Assembly (NCBI GenBank): GCA_963727825.1
Contig: CAVSHO010000001.1
Coordinates: 32,001-96,000 of the forward strand
DNA length: 64,000 bases
Source: Ignavibacteriota bacterium
GTDB taxonomy: Bacteria > Bacteroidota > Ignavibacteria > UBA10030
Direction: 5' to 3'
The translations under genes were made by a program, and so were the position numbers. This document shows positions 40,948 to 49,657 of the stretch, one piece after another. Every line of letters begins with the position of its first letter. Position 1 is the stretch's first letter. Under the pieces are notes generated by a model. It searched no databases, was not told where the DNA came from, and saw only the letters and a list, made by a program, of their open reading frames with translations.

Positions 40948-43188
40948 TCAATGAGATATTTTTTCGCTATCGCGGTTTAATGTAAGGCGCATTACTTTAG
41001 AAAGTTCTCCAATTTGATATGGCTTTTGTAAGAATGTATCGCCTGCTGCTTTGCCAAGAGAAGCATCTATAACTCTGTCACCATAACCCGTTGAAATAAC
41101 TACCCGTACATTTGGGTCTATTTTCTTTAACTTTATAAAAGTTTCCTTTCCACTCATTTTTGGCATATTGAGATCGAGAATAACGACGTCGAATCGTTTT
41201 TTCTTTTTATAGAGATTGATTGCTTTCTGTCCGCTATCGACATGTGTAACTTGATATCCGAGACTATCTAACATTCCGTTAATAACGTCTGCAACATCTT
41301 TCTCGTCATCTATCACAAGTACTCGTTCATTGCCGCGTTCGAGTTTTGAAGGCCGCGCCTGCGGTTGAAAATTTTTTGCTGCAGGTATAATTGGAAAATG
41401 TACAGTGAATTCGGCACCATGGTTTAATTCGCTCTGAACGGTAACGAAACCATTATGGGAATTGACAACACCATACACTACAGAAAGCCCCAATCCTGTT
41501 CCTTTTCCTATATCTTTCGTTGTAAAAAATGGTTCGAAGATATGTTGTTGGGTTTTCGTATCCATACCAACGCCAGTATCTGTTATGGAGACGGCAACAT
41601 ATAATCCTTTGTGGATCTCAGGCGTGGCAGTTGGATCATCGTCTACCTGTTTGATTTTGCTTTGGACAGTGATAGTCCCTCCATCCGGCATGGCATCCCG
41701 AGCGTTGATGAGCAAGTTGAGAAATGCTTGTTGAAGTTGTCCGTCATCACCATTAATGATGCACACTTCGTCTGTTAATTTTTTCTCAGTAAGAATTGTC
41801 TTATCGGTGCTGCGTTCGAAAAGCCGCAGTGTTTCTTCGATAATATCATTTACCACTATAGGCCGGAATTGCACATTGCTCTTGCGTGCGAACGTTAACA
41901 GCTGTCGTGTTAAACTGGCACCACGCCGAGCGGCAGTCTCAATTATGTCAGCGAAGCGATACCAACGATCATCATGTTTCATCTTTCGCTTCATAATTGA
42001 AGTTGAGCCAAGAATTGAAGTGAGGATATTGTTAAAGTCATGAGCAATTCCGCCGGCAAGATTTCCAATGCTGTCGATGCGTTGAGCATGAATGATTTTC
42101 GCTTCGAAAGCTTTTTGTTCTGTGATATCACGTGCCACTGCGCGCACAAAGGGTTGTCCGGTTTCATCCAGAATTATAGAAGCGTTAATGCTTACGTCAA
42201 TTAATTCGCCGTTTTTTGCTGTAAATTTTTCCTCCAGGCCTTTGATTCCTTTGTTCCAGTTAAAGATATTATTAAGATTCTGTTGCGCTTCTTTTCGGTA
42301 TTCTGGTGGATATAGTTTCAAAATAGACTCGCCGACTAATTCCTCTTTACTATATCCCAATCGTGTCGCTTCTGTCTTGTTACAACTGATAATTATGCCA
42401 GCTTTGTTGAAAATGTGAGACATATCCGGCGAATTTTCAAAGAGATCAATGTAACGCTCTTCCGATTTATGGACTTGCTCAAATAGCATGGCATTTTCCA
42501 TAGCAATACCGATCTGGTTGGCGAATGCCATGATTAAAGCAATTTGTTTATTGGAGAATGCATCTCGATTTCTGCTTCCCAAAACGATCAGTCCGGACAT
42601 CTGGTCTTTCATCATAATTGGTACTGATGCTAATGATCCAATAACACCGTATGCCCATGGGTAGCCGTTGCTTGAATCAGATTTCTTTGGCCGTTTCATA
42701 ATACGAGGAGAATGAACCCATCTCATTTTTTCGTGATCAACTCCAATAGCAGTATCTACGACAGCAAAATTTAATTCTTCAGTTCCACGAAGAGCCTTGA
42801 GCACAAGTTGATGGTTTTCTACACTAAATATCCATCCGTACTCTACTTCGAGTAAACGTTTCATTTCGAGAAGAGCATTGTGTAGAAGAAATTGAACACC
42901 AATTGCTCGATTTACGGATTCAGCAAATGTGTTTAGTGCGAGCAATTCTTGTTTTTGCTCTTCAAGCAGTCGCCCATACTTTAATGTGAAGAAGACAATA
43001 ATAAATCCAAATACACCGACGGTAAGAACACTCCCAAATAATAGTAGTTCAAGTGTGTGGCCGCTCGTCATCCGCACAACCACAATTGTTACGAGGGTTA
43101 CTACCACAGCAACAGATATGACGATCTGTGCTTGTTCAACTGGTCCAAGTGAGGTGCGAAGTTTTAGAACGTTACGGAAGTTTGCCAT
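40948..43188 (-). CDS. Hybrid sensor histidine kinase (2TM-GAF-PAS-HisKA-HATPase-REC)
   Basis: AGGIAHDFNNIL H-box, NL..NARDAM, DTG.GM, FEPFFTTK..GKGTGLGL, C-terminal VIDDE...DLNMP...KP. Confidence 0.94.
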   Translation of the reverse strand: MANFRNVLKLRTSLGPVEQAQIVISVAVVVTLVTIVVVRMTSGHTLELLLFGSVLTVGVFGFIIVFFTLKYGRLLEEQKQELLALNTFAESVNRAIGVQFLLHNALLEMKRLLEVEYGWIFSVENHQLVLKALRGTEELNFAVVDTAIGVDHEKMRWVHSPRIMKRPKKSDSSNGYPWAYGVIGSLASVPIMMKDQMSGLIVLGSRNRDAFSNKQIALIMAFANQIGIAMENAMLFEQVHKSEERYIDLFENSPDMSHIFNKAGIIISCNKTEATRLGYSKEELVGESILKLYPPEYRKEAQQNLNNIFNWNKGIKGLEEKFTAKNGELIDVSINASIILDETGQPFVRAVARDITEQKAFEAKIIHAQRIDSIGNLAGGIAHDFNNILTSILGSTSIMKRKMKHDDRWYRFADIIETAARRGASLTRQLLTFARKSNVQFRPIVVNDIIEETLRLFERSTDKTILTEKKLTDEVCIINGDDGQLQQAFLNLLINARDAMPDGGTITVQSKIKQVDDDPTATPEIHKGLYVAVSITDTGVGMDTKTQQHIFEPFFTTKDIGKGTGLGLSVVYGVVNSHNGFVTVQSELNHGAEFTVHFPIIPAAKNFQPQARPSKLERGNERVLVIDDEKDVADVINGMLDSLGYQVTHVDSGQKAINLYKKKKRFDVVILDLNMPKMSGKETFIKLKKIDPNVRVVISTGYGDRVIDASLGKAAGDTFLQKPYQIGELSKVMRLTLNRDSEKISH

Positions 43189-43251
43189 ACTATAGAATCT
43201 TTGTTTGAGCGGTTTGTTTCCAATAAACCAAATTACTTTATTGAAGGTTTC

Positions 43252-43632
43252 TTAAACGGATAAATGTTTGGAGAGAACAGAACTCACTTCGTCTTCATTG
43301 AACGGTTTAATCAAATAATCAACTGCGCCAAGCGTGCGCGCCACTTTGCGAGCATCATAATCATCAATAGCAGAGAAAAATATCACTGGAGTTGAAGAAG
43401 TTAAAGGATTACGTTTCAAGCTATCTACTAGATCGAAACCATTCATATCCGGCATCCGAACATCACTAAAAATCAAATCTGGTCTAAAAGTTTTCAAGGC
43501 TTTCAACGCTTCTGCCCCGCTTCCGGCGGTAAGGACATCATAGCCATGACTTCGGAGGATATGTGAAGTAATCTTCTGCCAAGCCGGCTCGTCGTCTATA
43601 ACGAGTATATGTTTTTTCCTTTTAACGGGCAT
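43252..43632 (-). CDS. Single-domain response regulator (CheY-like)
   Basis: ILVIDDE, SDVRMP.MNG, YLIKPF motifs; ATG at 43632 preferred. Confidence 0.9.
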   Translation of the reverse strand: MPVKRKKHILVIDDEPAWQKITSHILRSHGYDVLTAGSGAEALKALKTFRPDLIFSDVRMPDMNGFDLVDSLKRNPLTSSTPVIFFSAIDDYDARKVARTLGAVDYLIKPFNEDEVSSVLSKHLSV

Positions 43633-43849
43633 CTTAGACTCTGTAGTATTATTTTCAAGATACAAAGGAGGAGAATAGAAAGCAAACCTGATTTACGAAT
43701 ACGAAATATTTGATATAATGGAAACAGAGGTAATTCCGTCCTGTGTCATCTTGACTCTGTGCGGTAAATTGTTCCACTCCTTCAAGAAATTGTTGAAGCT
43801 TTTTACGCAGAAAAAGAGGGTGGGTAAACGAAAATTGATCTTGCCCGAT

Positions 43850-43865
43850 TGGTACGAAACTTGGA
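43850..43865 (+). promoter_or_regulatory. Possible sigma54 -24/-12 promoter for the pilin-like gene
   Basis: TGGTAC-GAAAC-TTGGA against the consensus TGGCAC-N5-TTGCW; the -12 GC is GG here. Confidence 0.35.
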
Positions 43866-43943
43866 GATAATATGCAGTCGAATGAAGAAATAAACAATTA
43901 ACACAATTCACTTTATTACAAACTTTTTATTGGAGGATTTATT

Positions 43944-44324
43944 ATGGGACAACAACAGTTATTACTCATCATCCTGGGCGTTATCATTGTCGGTATCGCA
44001 ATTGCCGTAGGATTGAGCCTGTTCAGTGCGCAAAGTGTTCAGGCAAATCATGATGCAATTATCAATGATTTAAATAATATTTCGGCAAACGCATATCAGT
44101 ACTATATTCGTCCTGCCTCTATGGGAGGTGGCGCAAACTCTTATACAGGATATACTATTCCATCTAGAATGTCGTCTAACGAAAATGCTTCATATGCTGC
44201 TGTCCCTAATGGCACAACCAACTGTGCTATTACAGGTACATCATCTTCGGTAACCGGCGCCACTATATTAGCTACAGTAGATAATACAGGACATGTTGCT
44301 ATAACTACTAGCTATGCTTGGTAA
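43944..44324 (+). CDS. Pilin-like protein 1 (MGQQQ N-terminus)
   Basis: MG-QQQ then a ~22-aa hydrophobic helix, an amphipathic helix, YY.RP.SMGGG and a Ser/Thr-rich beta-like C-terminus; strong RBS GGAGG at 43932-43936. Confidence 0.7.
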   Translation: MGQQQLLLIILGVIIVGIAIAVGLSLFSAQSVQANHDAIINDLNNISANAYQYYIRPASMGGGANSYTGYTIPSRMSSNENASYAAVPNGTTNCAITGTSSSVTGATILATVDNTGHVAITTSYAW

Positions 44325-44363
44325 GCTATAGTTCTGAGTGGGATTTATGTGATTTATATATAT

Positions 44364-44406
44364 ATCCCAACCATTTTCTTATTGCAAGTGGTTGGGATTT
44401 TTATTT
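44364..44406 (+). terminator. Rho-independent terminator after pilin-like gene 1
   Basis: ATCCCAACCA (44364-44373) / TGGTTGGGAT (44389-44398) followed by TTTTATTT. Confidence 0.75.
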
Positions 44407-44620
44407 AAGTTACATAAAGTGGAATTATATAGTAATTCGGTTGTTTACAATAACATATCTTAAAAGTAGACAACAAGATCAAGCTGTCCCGATTTTATGG
44501 GGATCAGCATATATGTGCAAGACATTATATAGATTCCAATCCCGTTAGGTTGTTACAAATCGGGAAGGAACGGCAGTGTATTATTACGATAGTTAACAGC
44601 AATTCATTAGAGAATTTATC

Positions 44621-45034
44621 ATGGGACAACAGCAGTTAATGCTAATCATACTTGGAATGGCCATTATTGGTATCGCACTGGCTGTTGGATTGAGTTTGTT
44701 TAGCTCTAATGGCGTTCAGGCGAACAAAGATGCAATTACCCATGATCTTCTTAATATTTTTGCAGCAAGTGCATATCACCACTATCTTCGTCCCCGAAGT
44801 ATGGGAGGCGGTGCATACGCTTTTGATGGTAGTCATGGCGGCAGCCCATATGTTATACCAACGATGTTGGCGAGCAACGCAAATGGCATATATGTTGCTG
44901 TCAATACACCAAGTACGTGCACTATCACAGGTAGTTCTGTTGCCTATCCTGGTAATTCAGTTTCGTTAACAATTGGTGCTGATGGTAAGCCTGCTCCTCC
45001 TGGTTGGGTTGTTGTTGGCCCGGACTTCAATTAA
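44621..45034 (+). CDS. Pilin-like protein 2 (paralog of 43944-44324)
   Basis: MGQQQLMLIILGMAIIGIALAVGLSLF...QAN.DAI..DL.N...AY..Y.RP.SMGGG; the C-terminal half diverges. Confidence 0.7.
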   Translation: MGQQQLMLIILGMAIIGIALAVGLSLFSSNGVQANKDAITHDLLNIFAASAYHHYLRPRSMGGGAYAFDGSHGGSPYVIPTMLASNANGIYVAVNTPSTCTITGSSVAYPGNSVSLTIGADGKPAPPGWVVVGPDFN

Positions 45035-45256
45035 GCTTCATGCCTGATTATGGCAAAGTTATTTAATATGGATTCTATATCATCTGGATAAAGGTGGTTA
45101 GATTTTTTCCTATTTTGCACTTCATTGAACTATCATTAATCTGTTTTACGTATTCTTACTTGTATTTATCCTTTACTACTATTCCGCAAAATGTTGTTAT
45201 TCACATAATGGTAGGAAACACTTTTTCTTTATAAAACTTTATTGTATATATCTGTT

Positions 45257-45973
45257 ATGAAACCAAAATCTAAAGTTATTGTTGTCTTACCAGCCTATCA
45301 GGCTGAGAAGACATTAGAACTAACTGTTCGCGATATTTCACTCTCCGTCGTTGATGAAATTATTTTAGTTGACGATATGAGCAATGATCATACCGTGGAG
45401 ATTGCACGGAAATTTAATCTTGTTGTTGAACAACATACAAAGAATTTAGGCTATGGTGCGAATCAAAAAACATGCTACCAATTAGCCCTTCGTCGAAATG
45501 CAGATATCGTTGTTATGCTTCACCCTGATTATCAATATGACCCTAAGCTCATTCCTCATTTTGTTGATTTTATCCAAAATGGCTACTTCGACGTAATGCT
45601 CGGCACTCGAATACGCACAAGAAAGGAAGCTTTAGCAGGAGGAATGCCGCGATATAAATACTTTTCAAACCGACTCTTGACATTCATAGAGAACATTATC
45701 ACAGGGCAAAATCTATCCGAATGGCATACGGGCATGAGAGCATACAGCCGTCGAGTACTAGAGTCGATCGATTATTTAAAAAATTCGGATGATTTTGTTT
45801 TCGATAGCCAGGTGTTATTTCAAATTGTGGAGCATGGCTTTCGCATTGGAGAAATCCCCGTACCTGTCCGGTATTTTCCAGAAGCTTCCAGCATTAATTT
45901 CTCACGTAGTTTGCGATATGGAATTGGAACGATCGGAACCGCGTTAAAGTTCTTAATAAGAAAAATCTTCTGA
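45257..45973 (+). CDS. GT2 polyprenol-phosphate sugar synthase (Dpm1/Ppm1-like)
   Basis: [50 protein letters not shown]; short soluble GT2. ATG at 45257 preferred. Confidence 0.85.
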   Translation: MKPKSKVIVVLPAYQAEKTLELTVRDISLSVVDEIILVDDMSNDHTVEIARKFNLVVEQHTKNLGYGANQKTCYQLALRRNADIVVMLHPDYQYDPKLIPHFVDFIQNGYFDVMLGTRIRTRKEALAGGMPRYKYFSNRLLTFIENIITGQNLSEWHTGMRAYSRRVLESIDYLKNSDDFVFDSQVLFQIVEHGFRIGEIPVPVRYFPEASSINFSRSLRYGIGTIGTALKFLIRKIF

Positions 45974-46003
45974 TCTATCAGTTGGGCGGGCGGCATCATT
46001 AAT

Positions 46004-47632
46004 ATGAGACTGAAAATACTAAACATTCCTTACCCACTAATATTCCTATTTTTCATCATTCTTTTCACAATTTTTTTTCGGGTGCGATTATTAAATGTTC
46101 CTCTAGAGCGCGATGAAGGTGAATATGCTTATATAGGTCAGCTCATTCTTGATGGGACTCCGCCTTACACCGAAGCATATAATATGAAATTCCCCGGTAT
46201 TTACTTTATCTATGCCGGAATATTATGGCTTTTCGGTGAAACACACACAGCAATTCATTTTTGTCTACTCATTGTCAATGTGCTCTCGATTGTACTACTT
46301 TACATTTTTGCACGCAGAGCCTATGATGATTGGGTTGCGGCAGCTTCTGCAGGCGCCTTTGCGCTCTTGAGTATGAGTTACCATGTTCAAGGGTTTTGGG
46401 CAAATGCTGAACATTTTATTTTGCCTTTCGTAATAGGCGCAAATATCCTCTTGCTTTCCGGGTTGAAGAAAAACCGAATAAAATATATTCTATTCAGTGG
46501 GATCCTGTTTGGCTGTGGAGCTCTTGTAAAACAGCAGGGCGCATTTTTTGGCCTCTTCGGATTCGCAGCTTTGCTTGTTTTGTTATGGCAAAATAAAACA
46601 TTTGAAAAAAAGATTTACTGGGAATGCATTTTAGCTTATTCTGGAGGAGTTATTATTCCCTTGCTCCTATGTTTTTCCTACCTCGCTTATGCAGGAGTTC
46701 TTGAAAAATTTTATCTTTGGACTTTTATCTACGCAAAGGAATATAGTTCGATAACATCCGTAATGGATATTAAATACAATTTCATTAGAGGGTTCCAATC
46801 CATCTTGTATTTTGCGTCTCTTATTTGGATCATAGCCGGAATAGGATTGATTACTTTATTTTCCGGCAAATATAATAAGCAATCGGGCATTCTCATTATA
46901 GGGTTACTCATTGCTGGCGTCATTGCGCTTTCGGTTGGCTTCTATTTTAGCCCACATTATTTTATATTAGTACTGCCTGCAACAGCCGTTCTTTTTGGAA
47001 TTGGAATTCGATATATTTTTCATATTTTTTCATCTGCTTCATCATCAATAGTACGCTATTTCCCACCCATCTTTATTGTTACGATAACAATTCTTGGCAC
47101 TATCGCAGCTCACTGGGATGTCCTATATCAATTCTCACTTGCTCAGGTGACTGAAACAGTATATCACAGTAATCCTTTTCTATTTTCTTCTAAGATTGCA
47201 AAAATAATAAGTGAAAATACTTCAAAAGAAGATCGAATAGCTATAATCGGAAATGAACCGCAATTCCTATTTTATTCTCACCGCAGGTCTGCGACATCGT
47301 TTATTTATACTTACTCTATTGGTGAAGACCAACCGCTTGCCGAACAATTTCGCTTTGAAATGATACAACAAATTGAATCGTCATTTCCCAAACTTCTCGT
47401 TTATTCAAGTATTCAACCCGAATGGTATAAAAAACCAAAAGGTTGGGAAGAGTTAGATAAATGGTTTTTTAGCTTTGCGAATTTACATTATGCTCCATTT
47501 GCCCGTTTTGAATACAATAATATTAAAGACACATTACTAATTACAGATACAGATAGGATATTAAAGAAACCGACGCATTTATTTTGGATCACGATTTATA
47601 AGAAACTATTAACTGATGATAAGCAAAAATGA
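46004..47632 (+). CDS. ArnT/PMT_2-like GT-C membrane glycosyltransferase
   Basis: PLERDEG.YAY.G..IL.G..PY......K.PG, AN.E.F, KQ, HYF motifs; about 11 TMs. Confidence 0.83.
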   Translation: MRLKILNIPYPLIFLFFIILFTIFFRVRLLNVPLERDEGEYAYIGQLILDGTPPYTEAYNMKFPGIYFIYAGILWLFGETHTAIHFCLLIVNVLSIVLLYIFARRAYDDWVAAASAGAFALLSMSYHVQGFWANAEHFILPFVIGANILLLSGLKKNRIKYILFSGILFGCGALVKQQGAFFGLFGFAALLVLLWQNKTFEKKIYWECILAYSGGVIIPLLLCFSYLAYAGVLEKFYLWTFIYAKEYSSITSVMDIKYNFIRGFQSILYFASLIWIIAGIGLITLFSGKYNKQSGILIIGLLIAGVIALSVGFYFSPHYFILVLPATAVLFGIGIRYIFHIFSSASSSIVRYFPPIFIVTITILGTIAAHWDVLYQFSLAQVTETVYHSNPFLFSSKIAKIISENTSKEDRIAIIGNEPQFLFYSHRRSATSFIYTYSIGEDQPLAEQFRFEMIQQIESSFPKLLVYSSIQPEWYKKPKGWEELDKWFFSFANLHYAPFARFEYNNIKDTLLITDTDRILKKPTHLFWITIYKKLLTDDKQK

Positions 47633-47689
47633 AAAGCACAGATGTTGGTAAAATTAGAAAAGAGGTCTTACTTTCGTTTGAGTTTTTTA

Positions 47690-47718
47690 TTGCTGATAAG
47701 TCTGTAGATATGTACATT
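47690..47718 (+). promoter_or_regulatory. sigma70-type promoter
   Basis: TTGCTG, 17 bp, TACATT upstream of 47804. Confidence 0.45.
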
Positions 47719-47803
47719 AAATCAGCACTATGAGGATACGAACGAAGGGATGGCTATTTGAATTATCCACTGTCCGCCAGCATTCGTTGTTCAACTTGAA
47801 ACC

Positions 47804-49657
47804 ATGCACGATCATGGCAGGATAGACATCCATAAGCAAAGCATGAACCGAAACGATAAAAGAGAATACACCATCATACTGGGATTGCTGATCGCTCTCG
47901 GCTTAGTTCTCGTCGTTACGACAATTAAAGGCCCCTTCATAATCGACGAGGACAACTATCTAGTTACTGTAATTGGCCTCCGCCAAGGGGTTCTTACCGT
48001 ACCCGGTACGGAAGGACTCACGCCAAGTAAAGAGCTTTTCTTTTTTGACCCGGAGGCATATGGTAGAATCGCTTCCCGCACGCCTGTATTTTCTATCGCA
48101 CCACCATTGTATGCACCAATAGCTCTTCCATTTGTGTTTTTGGGTTGGCGAGGTCTAGTGCTCCTCAATACCATTTCATATCTGCTCACGGCATTCATTG
48201 TTTTTGTGACGGTAAAACACTTTTCGACTGAGCGCCAGACACCATGGCTCGCTGCAGCGCTTGTGTTGTTTGGAGGATATGCGATCGAGTATGCTCAAGG
48301 CGTCTGGCCCCACATGCTTTCTGTATGCCTGGTAACGTCTGCTGTCTTTGCCGCCAGCAGAGTATGGAATGGGGGAAGACCACAGATCGCGATCATCTGC
48401 GGATTGCTGATGGGCATTGCCACCGGGGTTAGAGAGCAGAACATTATCCTAACCGGGCTATTGGGTATAACGCTACTTCTATTCGGTGTAAAAAAAATTG
48501 TCTCATCCTTTTGGTTCGCCCTCGGAGCTTTGCTTCCTCTTACACTCATAGGAATAATTAATTTTTTTAGACAGGGAATATTCCATCCGTTTCCGAAGGC
48601 GGTCGCATTTTCAGGTCAGTTGACTCAGAGTGTAAGCGGTAGTTCGACTAGTTCGCCTCTGCAAATGTTCTGGGCACGGGTGGTTGATTTTTCCTCGTAC
48701 CCGCCAATTACAGACTCCATCCAATCTCTCTTCTACAGAAAGGATCCCGTATCCGGCGTTGTCTTCGTATTCGGAGTAGTGAAAAAGGCACTAATTCAAT
48801 CTTCTCCCTGGGTTGCCCTGGCGTTGGTAATTCTAATTCTTGTCTGGCTAAACAGAAATCTGTATTCGAAAGATGTGAAAAAAAATCTCAGAGCTCTCTC
48901 TTTGTTAATCCTCCCTTTTCTTGTGTTCATGACATTGGTGGGGGGAGTACGAACAGATGGGCTTTGTTACAATCAGCGATATTTTCTTGAAGTCATTCCG
49001 TTGGCGGCGATTACCATCGCACTTGCACTCGACGGACTTGCCCTTCCCATCGTACCTATGGTCACTGGCTTACTGGGTTCAGGTATTCTGTTTGCACTGA
49101 CGTTGATGCTCTCGTCTCGTTCCCTGTATGGAATTGCTCTCACCAGGATTCCGCTTCTTTTGGCTGCAGTCCTAGTGATGGTCTGGATTTTTCGATCAGA
49201 AAAGTCTATACACTTGATCTTCCCACTCCTAATAGGACTTTGTATCGGGTGGGCGATGTTTGTTCACGTATTTGATGATCTCTCAGCATCGCGGACACGA
49301 AGGAGTAGGCAAGCTGCACAACTTGCAGTTCTGGAATCGACCATACCAAATCATTCCGCTCTTTTCGCATATTGGGGTTCGAAGGATGCTGCAGGGCCGC
49401 TCTTGCTTACGCGCGATGTCGTGATCCTCGATGTCTGGGCAGATAATGGAGTTGATGCTGTTCGGCTTACACATGAGCTCGAGCTCCAAAACCGCCGGAT
49501 CTTCGTCTTGACGGATTGGTTTCCTGATTTAGTGCTGAAAGGAATTGTAGGCAAAGATTCTCTCGCTGTTGTATCTAGACGTACGATTGGTATCGGTGAA
49601 GTTGTCAAACGGAATCAAGAGAATAATCATATGGAAATGAGCTCTCCGAAACTATAA
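47804..49657 (+). CDS. Multi-TM putative GT-C glycosyltransferase
   Basis: IDE..Y after TM1, PPLY...A.PF, Y....WPH, RE, N.RY.LE motifs; alternative start at 47843; TAATG coupling to the next gene. Confidence 0.65.
   Translation: MHDHGRIDIHKQSMNRNDKREYTIILGLLIALGLVLVVTTIKGPFIIDEDNYLVTVIGLRQGVLTVPGTEGLTPSKELFFFDPEAYGRIASRTPVFSIAPPLYAPIALPFVFLGWRGLVLLNTISYLLTAFIVFVTVKHFSTERQTPWLAAALVLFGGYAIEYAQGVWPHMLSVCLVTSAVFAASRVWNGGRPQIAIICGLLMGIATGVREQNIILTGLLGITLLLFGVKKIVSSFWFALGALLPLTLIGIINFFRQGIFHPFPKAVAFSGQLTQSVSGSSTSSPLQMFWARVVDFSSYPPITDSIQSLFYRKDPVSGVVFVFGVVKKALIQSSPWVALALVILILVWLNRNLYSKDVKKNLRALSLLILPFLVFMTLVGGVRTDGLCYNQRYFLEVIPLAAITIALALDGLALPIVPMVTGLLGSGILFALTLMLSSRSLYGIALTRIPLLLAAVLVMVWIFRSEKSIHLIFPLLIGLCIGWAMFVHVFDDLSASRTRRSRQAAQLAVLESTIPNHSALFAYWGSKDAAGPLLLTRDVVILDVWADNGVDAVRLTHELELQNRRIFVLTDWFPDLVLKGIVGKDSLAVVSRRTIGIGEVVKRNQENNHMEMSSPKL

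Noticed and set aside
43675-43760. c-di-GMP-I riboswitch upstream of the pilin (AAGCAAACC)
   Set aside because: The GAAA-tetraloop stem and the downstream GACGCAAAGC element are missing.
44318-44548. 76-aa ORF between the pilin-like genes
   Set aside because: It runs through the terminator and hairpins, has a TTG start and no RBS.
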